NCBI GenBank assembly: GCA_016699245.1
Contig: CP064968.1
Location: forward strand, 15,654 to 79,653
Length of the DNA: 64,000 bases
Reading direction: 5' to 3'
Source: Candidatus Kaiserbacteria bacterium
Lineage (GTDB): Bacteria > Patescibacteriota > Minisyncoccia > Phycocordibacterales > UBA918
Below, piece after piece: positions 45,604 to 55,773 of this stretch. A program made the translations under genes and the position numbers. The notes under the pieces were generated by a model. That model saw nothing but the letters and a program-made list of their open reading frames with translations, did not search any database and was not told the DNA's origin. The stretch's first letter is position 1, and each line of letters begins with the position of its first letter.

Positions 45604-46317
45604 ATGACAGACCCACAAAATATCAATGCAAGCCTCACTAAACTGGAAACACTCATTGGAGTGACTTTTGATGAGCGGAAGCATCTCCTCACTGCAATGA
45701 CCCATCGCTCGTATCTCAATGAGCATCGTGAGGCCATGCAGGCTCATAATGAGCGGTATGAGTTCCTTGGTGATGCTGTTCTTGAACTTATTATTACTGA
45801 TTTTCTTTTTCATAAATATCCCGAAAAGCCTGAAGGGGAACTCACGGCTATTCGTGCAGCACTCGTGAATACCAACTCCCTTGCTGAGGTATCGGCGAAG
45901 CTCAACATTAATGAATACCTCTTGCTTTCAAAAGGTGAAGAGAAAGACACGGGCCGCGCACGCCAGTACATTCTTGCAAATGCATTTGAGTCTATTATTG
46001 GTGCCGTGTATCTCGATCAGGGGTATGAGGCTGCAAAGGAATTTGTGGGGCGTAATCTTTTTGATAGGACGGATACTATTGTTGCAAAGCGCCTTTGGCA
46101 GGATGCAAAGAGCCGCTTTCAGGAGTTAGCGCAGGAACACTCAAATATCACTCCCAACTACGATACATTAAGTCAAACAGGCCCCGATCATGATCGCATC
46201 TTCACGGTAGGTGTTTTTCTCGGTTCTGAAAAAATTGCCGAAGGAAAAGGACGCTCAAAGCAAGAAGCCGAACAAGTTGCTGCAGAAGCAGGCGCAGTGG
46301 TAAAGGGTTGGCTCTAG
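45604..46317 (+). CDS. rnc: Ribonuclease III
   Basis: RNase III signature (ERYEFLGDAVLELIITDFLFHKYP), catalytic acidic residues (ANAFESIIGAVYLD) and a C-terminal dsRBD (IFTVGVFLGSEKIAEGKGRSKQEAEQVAAEA). Confidence 0.9.
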   Translation: MTDPQNINASLTKLETLIGVTFDERKHLLTAMTHRSYLNEHREAMQAHNERYEFLGDAVLELIITDFLFHKYPEKPEGELTAIRAALVNTNSLAEVSAKLNINEYLLLSKGEEKDTGRARQYILANAFESIIGAVYLDQGYEAAKEFVGRNLFDRTDTIVAKRLWQDAKSRFQELAQEHSNITPNYDTLSQTGPDHDRIFTVGVFLGSEKIAEGKGRSKQEAEQVAAEAGAVVKGWL

Positions 46318-46398
46318 ACAGACTATAAACACACCCCGTATTCTCAGTAGAATCATATGATAGAATGTTTATATGAGATGTATTAAGATTTTTTTTGC

Positions 46399-46902
46399 AT
46401 GATATATAATAAAAAGGGGTTTTCGCTTATTGAGATAATCGTTGCAGTTGGGATTGTACTTGTACTTGCGTCTATTGTACTTATCAGTGTAGGAGAAGCA
46501 AGAAAAACTGCGCGAGATTCTCAACGTGAAAATGATATCAAACAGATTGTACTTGCGCTTCGTATGTATAAGGAGATGAATTCCGAAGTTCCCGTGTCAT
46601 ATGGGGGGATTGTTATTGGTGAAGGTGGTTCGCTCGACAATGCAACATCAGGCCTTGGGCCATATCTAACAGCCATTATGCGCGGTGACCCACGGGGAAG
46701 TACAACTGATACAAAATACGAGTATGTTTATGACAGTGTCTACACTTGTAACGGCATAGATTACACAGTCGTGTATGTAAAAACTATGGAGAGAGAGAGT
46801 GGAGGAAATTGGGCATCAGTGTGTGGTACCTATAGTGGTGGGACAAGCCCGAGCACCTATGGAGTCATCATAGGCCCTGCGTATTATGGTATGAGCGCCT
46901 AA
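46399..46902 (+). CDS. Type IV pilin / pseudopilin (prepilin-type N-terminal cleavage-methylation domain)
   Basis: Class III signal KKG|FSLIEIIVAVGIVLVLASIVLI (G-1, E+5), then a globular domain with a conserved Cys pair. Confidence 0.7.
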   Translation: MIYNKKGFSLIEIIVAVGIVLVLASIVLISVGEARKTARDSQRENDIKQIVLALRMYKEMNSEVPVSYGGIVIGEGGSLDNATSGLGPYLTAIMRGDPRGSTTDTKYEYVYDSVYTCNGIDYTVVYVKTMERESGGNWASVCGTYSGGTSPSTYGVIIGPAYYGMSA

Positions 46903-47173
46903 ATTAACTCTATTCATAGAAAAGTGGATCACATCGATTTACGTAACCTAAAGGAAATAGCTATAAAAGAAAAAGGTAATTCTCGTGTTGTTCATTAACA
47001 TCCCTACCTATACAAAAGAAAAGTTGCGGGGTGGTCAGAAATTAATGAGCTTTAGTGAATATAATTTTTGAACCCGCTTTAAAATGCATACCCAATACAT
47101 TTTAGAACATATTGCGTAAGATGTGCATATATGATTTCTATATTCAGGCTGGTACTCATGATAGAATAAAACA

Positions 47174-47668
47174 ATGAGAAATTTCTCTCTACAAAGAAAA
47201 GGCTTCACACTCATTGAGTTACTCATGATTATTGCAATCATTGGTTTTATTGTGACGATTGCGTATGCAAATATGCAAGATGCAAAAAAGCATGCTCGTG
47301 ATGAGCAACGTATGAGTGATTTAAAAATCGTGAAAGTTGCGTCTCGTTCATATCAAGATTTTATCTCTGATGGAATATTACCCCCAGCAAATCCTGCAGA
47401 AGTTCTGGGTGATGGAGTTGGTTTTGATACGACTATTGCTCCCTATGTTACGGATATAATAAAAGACCCAATTAATGCAGGCACGAATCAGTATTATTAC
47501 CGAAGTGCATACACCTGTGCAGGGACCCCACACACAGTTGTTGTTGCGCTTTCTATGGAGATTGCAAGTAATGGTAATTTTGCAGCTGTCTGTGGCGCGG
47601 GACCGTATGCTGATGTTGCTTCTGGCGTTACCCCAACATTGGCATCGTACGTGATTATTCTTCAGTAA
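47174..47668 (+). CDS. Type IV pilin / pseudopilin (second, tandem copy)
   Basis: QRKG|FTLIELLMIIAIIGFIVTIAYA prepilin motif, a domain paralogous to the upstream pilin (YTCAG..HTVVVA / YTCNG.DYTVVYV), and a Cys pair. Confidence 0.7.
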   Translation: MRNFSLQRKGFTLIELLMIIAIIGFIVTIAYANMQDAKKHARDEQRMSDLKIVKVASRSYQDFISDGILPPANPAEVLGDGVGFDTTIAPYVTDIIKDPINAGTNQYYYRSAYTCAGTPHTVVVALSMEIASNGNFAAVCGAGPYADVASGVTPTLASYVIILQ

Positions 47669-47670
47669 CT

Positions 47671-49956
47671 ATGTACCTTAAAGAGCTCACTATTCACGGA
47701 TTCAAATCATTCGCGCGTAAGGGCGAACTTGCATTCACGACGCCGATTACTGCCATAGTGGGTCCAAATGGGTCGGGGAAATCAAATGTCGCAGAGGCAT
47801 TCCGATTCGTTTTGGGTGAACAGTCCATCAAGTCACTTCGGGGTAAGAAGGGTGAGGATTTAATTTTTAATGGCTCAGAGAGTGTCTCACGTGCCAATAG
47901 GGCTTCGGTGACGATTACACTTCTCAATCCTGCGAAAAATGGAACGCGCGTTTTTCCTCTCGATTTTGATGAAATTATTGTGGAGCGTGTGGTCAATCGC
48001 GATGGTGTGAATGAATATGCGATTAACGGTTCTAAGACCCGCCTCAAGGATGTGCAAGAACTTCTTGCGTCAGCCAACATAGGTCCCACGGGGCACCATA
48101 TTATTTCTCAAGGTGAAGCAGATCGCATTCTTTCTGCAAGTGCGCGTGAGCGCCGCGAAATGATAGAAGATGCACTCGGACTTAAAGTATTTCAATTCAA
48201 AAAAGCTGAGAGTGAACGCAAACTCAAAAAGACGCGTGAAAATATTTTGAACGTTGAGTCACTTCGTCGGGAGGTTGCTCCGCATCTTAAGTTCCTTGAG
48301 CGTCAAATAAAAAAGATTGAACGTTCCGTGGCACTCCAAGAAGAATTACAGATTGTCTATGCTGATTACCTTAAGCGCGAGGATACGTATATCGCGTACC
48401 ACTATGATAGATATACAGAAGCGAGGCGTATCCCTCTTGCGCGCCGCGACGAGCTAGCTACGCTTCTCACACGCGCCAAAGAAAAACTTGTTGTACGCGA
48501 GCACGACGATACACGTGATGCACTCATTGCACTCGAAACACGAATTCGTGATGCACGTCATGCACGACAAGAAGTCGCCCGTACTATTGGGAAGATAGAA
48601 GGACAAATCCTTTTTATAGAACGACAAATTTCTGAAAAGAAAAAGAAACAAGAATCACAGTCATCGGAGCCGATTCCGCGAGGAGAAGTAGAAAAGGTGC
48701 TTATGCAGGCAGAAAAACTTTCAGAGTCTGCACACGCAGAAACTGATGTCGAAGGTTACGTACGTGCGCTTCACGATATTCTTCATGCGCTCAAAAAACT
48801 TCTCACACACAACTATGCGAATACGGATGCGCAGGACGAGGTGCGTGATTTGGAACATGAACTTCATACGAAACAGAAAGAACGTGAGCATGTGGAGGAA
48901 CAGTCTCTGCACATCAAGGTTGATGAAGAGAAACTTGCGGAAGAGTACGAAAGCCTGAAACGAAGTATTGAATCAGAGCAGACGGAGAGTCGTGAAGCAG
49001 AACGTGAGGTCTTTGCCATTATGAATGAGCAACGGGAAGTAGAAAAGTCTATTGATGCAATCGATCGTGAACTTATTGTCCTCGAGCGTGACAGGCAAGA
49101 ATTTAAAAGTGAGTTACAAGAAGCAGTGTCGCTTATTGGTCGTGGTGCGAGCATGTATTTTGAGTATGTGGTGACGGATGTAGAGGGAAAACCACTCTCG
49201 AGCGATGTACTTGTAGGTGAGGACCGAACTCTTCAACGAAATAGAAAACATGAACTCGAACGTATGAAAATACGCCTTGAGGAACTCGGTACTGGCTCAA
49301 ATGAGGACGTGCTCAAAGAGTATAAGGAGGTAAAGGAGCGAGATGAATTTCTCGTCCATGAAGTTGCCGACCTCACAGAGTCGGTTACAAAACTTGAAGC
49401 ACTTATTGCAGAATTGACGAGTGATTTAAATGCACAGTTTGTGAGTGGTATTGAAAAAATAAGTACGGAGTTTCATACATTCTTCACGCTTATGTTTGGT
49501 GGCGGTAGTGCAGACCTCGTACGCGTGAAACCGAAAGTGGTACAAAAAAGCGAAGGTGGCCTCGAAGAGGAAGGTTCTGAAGAAATTATGGAAGAGAGCG
49601 AGGAGGGAATTGAGATTGATGTGAAGCTTCCCAACAAGCGTGTACGTGGCCTTGATATGCTCTCAGGGGGCGAACGGGCACTTACCTCGATTGCCCTCAT
49701 TTTTGCGATGAGTCAGGTGAATCCGCCACTCTTTGTGATTCTCGATGAAACCGATGCAGCACTCGATGAAGCAAATAGCCGCCGCTATGGTGAAATGATT
49801 TCTGCACTTGCACAGAAGTCACAGTTGATTCTTATTACTCACAACCGTGAGACTATGGGACGCGCCGGTGTGCTCTATGGTGTGACTATGGCAGGTGATG
49901 GAATCTCAAAACTCCTCTCTGTAAAATTTGACGAAGCAGTGAGCGTGGCGAAATGA
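47671..49956 (+). CDS. smc: Chromosome segregation protein SMC (short 761-aa variant)
   Basis: SMC N-terminal Walker A (LKELTIHGFKSFA...TAIVGPNGSGKSNVAEAFRFVLGEQSIKSLRG), long coiled coils, and C-terminal ABC signature + Walker B + D-loop (LSGGERALTSIALIFAM...LFVILDETDAALDEAN). The stop is TGA. Confidence 0.8.
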   Translation: MYLKELTIHGFKSFARKGELAFTTPITAIVGPNGSGKSNVAEAFRFVLGEQSIKSLRGKKGEDLIFNGSESVSRANRASVTITLLNPAKNGTRVFPLDFDEIIVERVVNRDGVNEYAINGSKTRLKDVQELLASANIGPTGHHIISQGEADRILSASARERREMIEDALGLKVFQFKKAESERKLKKTRENILNVESLRREVAPHLKFLERQIKKIERSVALQEELQIVYADYLKREDTYIAYHYDRYTEARRIPLARRDELATLLTRAKEKLVVREHDDTRDALIALETRIRDARHARQEVARTIGKIEGQILFIERQISEKKKKQESQSSEPIPRGEVEKVLMQAEKLSESAHAETDVEGYVRALHDILHALKKLLTHNYANTDAQDEVRDLEHELHTKQKEREHVEEQSLHIKVDEEKLAEEYESLKRSIESEQTESREAEREVFAIMNEQREVEKSIDAIDRELIVLERDRQEFKSELQEAVSLIGRGASMYFEYVVTDVEGKPLSSDVLVGEDRTLQRNRKHELERMKIRLEELGTGSNEDVLKEYKEVKERDEFLVHEVADLTESVTKLEALIAELTSDLNAQFVSGIEKISTEFHTFFTLMFGGGSADLVRVKPKVVQKSEGGLEEEGSEEIMEESEEGIEIDVKLPNKRVRGLDMLSGGERALTSIALIFAMSQVNPPLFVILDETDAALDEANSRRYGEMISALAQKSQLILITHNRETMGRAGVLYGVTMAGDGISKLLSVKFDEAVSVAK

Positions 49957-49960
49957 AATA

Positions 49961-49993
49961 GGACCACGAGCGCGTAGCGCTCGTGGTCCTTTT
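49961..49993. terminator. Bidirectional terminator between convergent smc and the minus-strand gene
   Basis: GGACCACGAGCGC-GTA-GCGCTCGTGGTCC-TTTT. Confidence 0.7.
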
Positions 49994-50273
49994 ACAATGC
50001 TACTGATTCTTCGCAGCAGCAGGCACTTGCAAGTACAGGTGCCGTATTTTCGACATCACTGATACTGCCGCCTGCATACGGATGGAATTGAGACAAATAG
50101 TTCTTTAATTGCTCATCGTTCACCTGCCTTGAAAAATGTACTTGGGCTTCATAGCGACCGGGTTCACGCTTTGGTGTTTCTAAGACAACAAACGCAAATA
50201 TCTTTTGCAGTGCCGTCAAAAAATCAGTGATTCCGAAATCCGTCCCCGTGACAACGAGTGTGTACTTGACCAT
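49992..50273 (-). CDS. Hypothetical small protein (ferredoxin-like alpha+beta fold suspected; CutA/Dabb-like)
   Basis: 93 aa (MVKYTLVVTGTDF...HPYAGGSISDV...CCCEESVAL) with only weak resemblance to CutA/Dabb families. Confidence 0.3.
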   Translation of the reverse strand: MVKYTLVVTGTDFGITDFLTALQKIFAFVVLETPKREPGRYEAQVHFSRQVNDEQLKNYLSQFHPYAGGSISDVENTAPVLASACCCEESVAL

Positions 50274-50419
50274 TTTGAACTCCTCTACGTTGATGATACA
50301 AACATGTTTAGTTGCATGTATGCGGCCATACTATTTTGTCAGCAAAATTTTCAAAGTCCTTTCTTGTAATCCCTCTCCTCTGTAGAAGTGACGTGAAGAT
50401 TATGTAACAAATATTGGTT

Positions 50420-50752
50420 TTACGCAAATGCAATTTCTCTCGTCGGGAATTGAAACAATTGAAAAGCCCCCAGAGAAATATGAATCTGGGGGACTTTAGC
50501 TTGGTTTAATGGAGGACACTGTAGAACCATCCCCCGACACGCGAGATCAACGTCTTCTTCGAGAAGTATTCCTTCACTCAGAATGTGAAGCCAAAACTTT
50601 TCTTGACTGAATTTTTCTTTATAAACGATAGAGAAGTTGTACTTTCTATGAAGTGTCTTGCACAACTCATCCAAAACTGCATCGTCGAGCATGTGTAGCT
50701 CTAGGATACCTTCTGTTTTGCAGCGATTACTGTCATGTGCGATGGTCTTCAC
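50420..50752 (-). CDS. Hypothetical protein
   Basis: 110 aa ORF with moderately protein-like composition and no recognisable motif. Confidence 0.25.
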   Translation of the reverse strand: MKTIAHDSNRCKTEGILELHMLDDAVLDELCKTLHRKYNFSIVYKEKFSQEKFWLHILSEGILLEEDVDLACRGMVLQCPPLNQAKVPQIHISLGAFQLFQFPTREIAFA

Positions 50753-50880
50753 GACGTTCTCCTTTCAAAAAAACATTAAATTGACAATCTATATTATACA
50801 ATAGATGCAAGAAAAAGCAAGACATCGTGCATATCATTCTGTTGAAATGATTCATGTCTGAATGAAGACACACTATGCTC

Positions 50881-52869
50881 CTATTTTCCAACGAGTTCGT
50901 AGTCAAGGACACGTTCCTCCATGTCGGCGCGCGTGAGTTTGATACGTATTTCACCACCGAGTGTGTAGGTGACTCCGGTACGATTACCCCGGATGCGGTA
51001 TTTTGTGGCTTCGTGGGTGAAGAAGTCACCTTTAATACTTGAAAGACGAATCATACCCTCACAGCGTGAGACCTTGTCTTCAACATACATCCCCCAGTCG
51101 GTGACACCGGTGATAATGCCGTCAAACTCTTGTCCAACTTTATCAAGCATATACTCTACTTGCTTGTATTTTATAGAATCGCGCTCTGCGGAGACTGCAG
51201 TCATTTCACGTTCTGAGGACTGGATAGAAAGTTTTTCGTACTTCGCAATTTCGCGACCTTGAATTATGGAGCCATCGAGGTGCTTGCGCAAAAGGCGATG
51301 TGACATCAAGTCGGGGTATCGTCGAATCGGGGAGGTGAAGTGTGTGTAGTATTTAAAGGCAAGCCCGAAGTGTCCAATATTTTTGGTTGTGTAGACTGCC
51401 TTTGCCATAGAGCGAATCGTCGCGGTCTTGATAAGGTTTTCTTCAGGAGTACCTTCAATAGATTTAAGGAGCGCATTAATATCCTTTGCTTGGATAACGC
51501 CTTTTTTGGTATTGAATTCATGACCGAGGGCGCGAAGGAAAATACCAAGGGATTCGATTTTTTCAGGGTTTGGGACATCGTGTACGCGGTAGACAAACGC
51601 CGCGTCGCGGCCGCTTTTCTTGGTGTGCTCATACACAAATTCCGCAACGCGGCGATTGGCGAGAAGCATGTAGTCCTCAATCATAAGCATGGTTTCGGTA
51701 CGTACTTTAGTATAGACACGAATAGGCTTGCCGTTTGGGTCGAGTTCAAATTTTACCTCAGGCTGGTCAAAAGCAATCGCACCATCAGAGAATCGTTGTT
51801 TGCGGAGGATGCGTCCTATATCCATAAGGATACGTAACTCGGTATGCATGACTCCTTCGCCTTTATCGAGCACTTCCTGTGCCTCTTCATACGAGAAGCG
51901 TTTATTGCTATGAATGATGGTCTGACCAAACCACTCACCATGGGTATTACCCTGTGCGTCCATTTCAAAAACTGCCGAGAAGGAAAGTCGGTCTTCATTG
52001 GGGCGAAGGGAACAGAGGTCGTTACTGAGTACCTCAGGGAGCATAGGAATCACGCGATCGACGAGGTAGATAGAGGTACCACGTTCTTGCGCCTCAGCGT
52101 CAATAATGTCTTCCTCAATTACATAATGTGATACATCGGCGATATGAATACCAATCTCATAGTTACCATTGGGGAGTACGAAAAATGAAATAGCATCATC
52201 AAAGTCTTTTGCGTCGACGGGGTCAATGGTGCAAGTCGTACGGTCGCGCATGTCGCGTCGTTTTGGACTTTGCCCCAGGACACCCTCTCTGCCTTCGGCA
52301 TTCACCTTGTCACCAAGGGTCGCTTCCACTGCATCAGCAAAAATTTGCTCTTTACGAGCATAGAGTTCCTGTCCGGCTTTTGCGACGTGCTCAGGGAAGT
52401 TTTCTGAAAACCCGCCACCCCGAATAATCGCCTGCATTTCGGTCTCGTGGTCACCCGCGCGCCCAAGGACTTCCACAATGGTGCCAATGGGGTCGGTAAG
52501 AGGATTCTTCCACGCATCAATGTGTACTACTACCTTCATACCATCGTGGGTGTCTGTGGCACCAGGGAGAATGGGACGAATATGAATACGCTTGTTGTCG
52601 GGGAGGAGGCGGTAGGCACCCATCTTCTTTTGGACGGTACCAATGAACTCAGTGTGCTTTGGCGTGACTACGTGCACGACAGCGCCCTCTTGGCGCTTCC
52701 CGGTGACTTTTGGTTTCAGTTCAATTTCGACGATATCGCCGTCGAGTGCGAATGAGAGTGCTTCGGTAGGGATGACTATGTCTTCCTCTTGGTCGGGTAG
52801 GGCAACGTAGCCAATACCTTTTCCACGAATCATAATAACCCCTTCATATATTGCTGTATTCTTTTCCAT
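50881..52869 (-). CDS. rnr: Ribonuclease R (RNB-family 3'-5' exoribonuclease with C-terminal S1 domain)
   Basis: Cold-shock/OB N-terminus, an RNB catalytic domain (DPVDAKDFDDAISF; EGTSIYLVDRVIPMLP) and an S1 domain at the C-terminus (GVTDWGMYVED...GMIRLSS). Confidence 0.9.
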   Translation of the reverse strand: MEKNTAIYEGVIMIRGKGIGYVALPDQEEDIVIPTEALSFALDGDIVEIELKPKVTGKRQEGAVVHVVTPKHTEFIGTVQKKMGAYRLLPDNKRIHIRPILPGATDTHDGMKVVVHIDAWKNPLTDPIGTIVEVLGRAGDHETEMQAIIRGGGFSENFPEHVAKAGQELYARKEQIFADAVEATLGDKVNAEGREGVLGQSPKRRDMRDRTTCTIDPVDAKDFDDAISFFVLPNGNYEIGIHIADVSHYVIEEDIIDAEAQERGTSIYLVDRVIPMLPEVLSNDLCSLRPNEDRLSFSAVFEMDAQGNTHGEWFGQTIIHSNKRFSYEEAQEVLDKGEGVMHTELRILMDIGRILRKQRFSDGAIAFDQPEVKFELDPNGKPIRVYTKVRTETMLMIEDYMLLANRRVAEFVYEHTKKSGRDAAFVYRVHDVPNPEKIESLGIFLRALGHEFNTKKGVIQAKDINALLKSIEGTPEENLIKTATIRSMAKAVYTTKNIGHFGLAFKYYTHFTSPIRRYPDLMSHRLLRKHLDGSIIQGREIAKYEKLSIQSSEREMTAVSAERDSIKYKQVEYMLDKVGQEFDGIITGVTDWGMYVEDKVSRCEGMIRLSSIKGDFFTHEATKYRIRGNRTGVTYTLGGEIRIKLTRADMEERVLDYELVGK

Positions 52870-53164
52870 GTGGTCTTGATAGTATCACGGACTTGCGTCC
52901 GGAACCATATAGGTGTAATCTCCCAGATTAGGAGCGGAAGAAATCAATCTTGAGATTCCTGTACAGGACATTTGTATTGGAACAACCAGTATGCAAACCG
53001 CCGATTTTTTCGGTTGAAGGTGATCTAGGCATACATCCATGGGTGCTATATTTCGAATGTAAGACAGATACTAATTGCCGGAATTGCGGTCCGCAAGAAA
53101 ACTGCCTTTTCACGCGTTATCGACTCTTGTGCATCTAAGGCTAAACCGTTCCTCCCCTTCGTAC

Positions 53165-53204
53165 AAAGGCCAGCGACCCCCAAAAGGGAAGCTGGCCTTT
53201 TTTC
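53165..53204 (+). terminator. Rho-independent terminator-like hairpin (end of a possible unannotated plus-strand transcript from 52900-53160)
   Basis: GGCCAGC-(16 nt)-GCTGGCC followed by TTTTTT. No plus-strand protein gene lies upstream, so a small RNA could end here. Confidence 0.4.
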
Positions 53205-53212
53205 TATAAAAC

Positions 53213-53287
53213 TGCCGACATCGTAAGTCGGCAATCAAAATTGTAGATTGAGGACGATTAATATTGCCGACTTACGATGTCGGCAAT
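53213..53287 (+). promoter_or_regulatory. Long hairpin in the rpsP leader (TGCCGACATCGTAAGTCGGCAAT ... ATTGCCGACTTACGATGTCGGCAAT)
   Basis: About 23-bp perfect stem with a 27-nt AT-rich loop, 70 bp upstream of rpsP. The stem core GACATCGTAAGTC / GACTTACGATGTC recurs at 25766-25807. Confidence 0.5.
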
Positions 53288-53355
53288 ATTGGGGTTTAAG
53301 TGGCTCATACTCGGGGTTGACCTTTAGTACTCATTCTGGTATTGTTCACCCCACT

Positions 53356-53766
53356 ATGTTAAAGATGCGTTTACAACGAATTGGTCGCAAGAATAACCCT
53401 TCATATCGTGTTGTTGTTACTGACTCTCGAAATGCCCCTTCACGCGGGCGTCATGTTGATTTCATTGGTTCGTACGACCCACTCCTCGGACGTTTTCAAA
53501 TTGATGCCGCAAAGGCAAAGCATTGGCTTAGTCATGGCGTACAGCCTTCAGATACTGTGTACAACTTCCTCATTTCAGAAAAGATTATTGAAGGAAAGAA
53601 GAGGAATGCACTCTCACGAAAATCTCCAATCATTGACGAAGCAAAATTGAAAGCAGAAGCAGAGGCAAAAGCCGCTAAGGAAGCCGCAGAAAAAGCAGCC
53701 AAGGAGGCCGCAGAAGCACCTGTAGAAGTAGCACAAACTCCCGCAGAAGAGACAGTCGCTGCATAA
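53356..53766 (+). CDS. rpsP: 30S ribosomal protein S16 with Ala/Lys/Glu-rich C-terminal extension
   Basis: MLKMRLQRIGRKNNPSYRVVVTDSRNAPSRGRHVDFIGSYDP is canonical S16. The start ATG at 53356 was chosen over the upstream ORF-track start. Confidence 0.85.
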   Translation: MLKMRLQRIGRKNNPSYRVVVTDSRNAPSRGRHVDFIGSYDPLLGRFQIDAAKAKHWLSHGVQPSDTVYNFLISEKIIEGKKRNALSRKSPIIDEAKLKAEAEAKAAKEAAEKAAKEAAEAPVEVAQTPAEETVAA

Positions 53767-53915
53767 TACTCAAACCACACAATACGCGCACATGAGAATT
53801 CTCCTCATGTGCGCGTATTGACGTATAGCCTCTACCTGCTACCATTCTCTATAGTACGTTCCTGATAATGAACGTAGATGGACGCTTAACAGAATAAGTT
53901 CTCAATTCACATAGT

Positions 53916-54281
53916 ATGGAGTTAGATCAGCAATTTCTCGAACAAGTGGTAAAGGCACTTGTCGACCACCCAGAAACCGTAAAGATTAATCGAACCGTTG
54001 ACGAGATGGGCGTATTGCTTACCTTGGATGTACACGCAGAGGATATGGGAAAGATTATTGGACGTTCAGGAAACACCGCAAAGGCAATCCGCACACTCCT
54101 TCGTGTTGTGGGTATGAAGAATGATGCGCGTGTTAATCTCAAGATTAATGAACCAGAAGGTGGTACACGCTCAGTCCCTTCAGCAGTTGCTGCTGATATG
54201 GGCGCTATTGACGGTGGTGCCGATGATGCACCAGCCGCTCCAAAATCTTTGGATGAAGCCATAGATGGCTTACGCATCTAG
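53916..54281 (+). CDS. KH-domain RNA-binding protein (YlqC/UPF0109 family, rpsP operon)
   Basis: LVDHPETVKI...VLLTLDVHAEDMGKIIGRSGNTAKAIRTLLRV carries the KH GxxG loop. Its position after rpsP is conserved. Confidence 0.8.
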   Translation: MELDQQFLEQVVKALVDHPETVKINRTVDEMGVLLTLDVHAEDMGKIIGRSGNTAKAIRTLLRVVGMKNDARVNLKINEPEGGTRSVPSAVAADMGAIDGGADDAPAAPKSLDEAIDGLRI

Positions 54282-54301
54282 CAACTTGACCCTGAGTATC
54301 T

Positions 54302-54458
54302 AAACTCGTTCACCTATTGTCTTGTTGCGACCAGAAAATTCCCAGCGGAATTTTCTTACGGCTTCGGCAGCGACAAATCAAAAACGTCAGACATCCGTCT
54401 GACGTTTTTGATTTGACCGGCTCGATGCCTGCAGATGTTCGCAACAAGACAATAGGTT
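54302..54458. other. Structured non-coding element: 19-bp inverted repeat (ACCTATTGTCTTGTTGCGA / TCGCAACAAGACAATAGGT) enclosing two internal hairpins
   Basis: Inner hairpins GAAAATTCC-CAGC-GGAATTTTC and AAATCAAAAACGTCAGAC-ATCC-GTCTGACGTTTTTGATTT. May be a bidirectional terminator or a small RNA. Confidence 0.35.
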
Positions 54459-54559
54459 CACTTCTGTAAATCTTCGTCGCGCGGTTATTCGTTTGTTTAA
54501 ATGGGGGAGTTGTGTAAGACTATTTGTATGATTAAGGGTATTGATTATACGGGAATAAC

Positions 54560-54950
<391 letters not shown>

Positions 54951-54962
54951 CTAGTCATCATC

Positions 54963-55637
54963 ATGCATTTTCACGTCATAACCTTATTTCCCGAAATCTG
55001 CGAGGCATATACCGATTCGTCTATTCTTGGTCGTGCGCAAAAGACGGAGAAGGGAAAAGGTGCGAAGCATCGTGGAAAGAAAATCGAGGTGACGTACTAT
55101 AATCCTCGTGAGTACACGACCGATAAGCACCACAAAGTGGATGACCGTCCTTATGGCGGGGGCCCAGGAATGGTGATGTACGCAGAGCCCATACTCAAAG
55201 CGTGGGAAAAGGCAGTGGGGCGAAAAAAGGATAAGGGGAAAGTGAAGACACTCATCATGTCACCCCGCGGTGCGAAGTTTGATACCGCAATGGCAAAGAA
55301 ACTTGCAGGGAAGTATGAGCACCTCGTACTTATCTCAGGCAGGTACGAAGGTATTGATTCGCGTGTCCTTCAGATACTGAATGCAGAGGAAGTCTCTGTG
55401 GGTGATTATGTGCTCACCGGAGGAGAACTTCCCGCACTCGCTATCATTGACTCCATTGCCCGCCAAGTCCCCGGAGTCCTTGGTACCTTTGAATCTCTCG
55501 AAGAAGAACGTATCTCAAGTGGGGAAATGTACACCCGCCCCGAGATCCTCACATACAAGAAAAAAGAATACAAAGTCCCACCGGTCTTTCTCTCGGGGGA
55601 TCACAAGGTGATACAGGAGAGAAAAAAAAGTAATTAA
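54963..55637 (+). CDS. trmD: tRNA (guanine37-N1)-methyltransferase
   Basis: MHFHVITLFPEI... is the TrmD N-terminus. The SAM-binding SPOUT knot motifs (SPRGAKF; ISGRYEGIDSRV; VLTGGELPALAIIDSIAR) are present. Confidence 0.9.
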   Translation: MHFHVITLFPEICEAYTDSSILGRAQKTEKGKGAKHRGKKIEVTYYNPREYTTDKHHKVDDRPYGGGPGMVMYAEPILKAWEKAVGRKKDKGKVKTLIMSPRGAKFDTAMAKKLAGKYEHLVLISGRYEGIDSRVLQILNAEEVSVGDYVLTGGELPALAIIDSIARQVPGVLGTFESLEEERISSGEMYTRPEILTYKKKEYKVPPVFLSGDHKVIQERKKSN

Positions 55638-55773
55638 ATTTGATAAAACACTTCAAGGGCTGCGGGGTTTGGTGTGGGGTGATACGGTATGCACAGTAGT
55701 CTGTCTCCACCTCGTCATTGATGATTTGCCTTTCCGTACTATACTTACTGTATTAACTCTATAACTATTAGAT

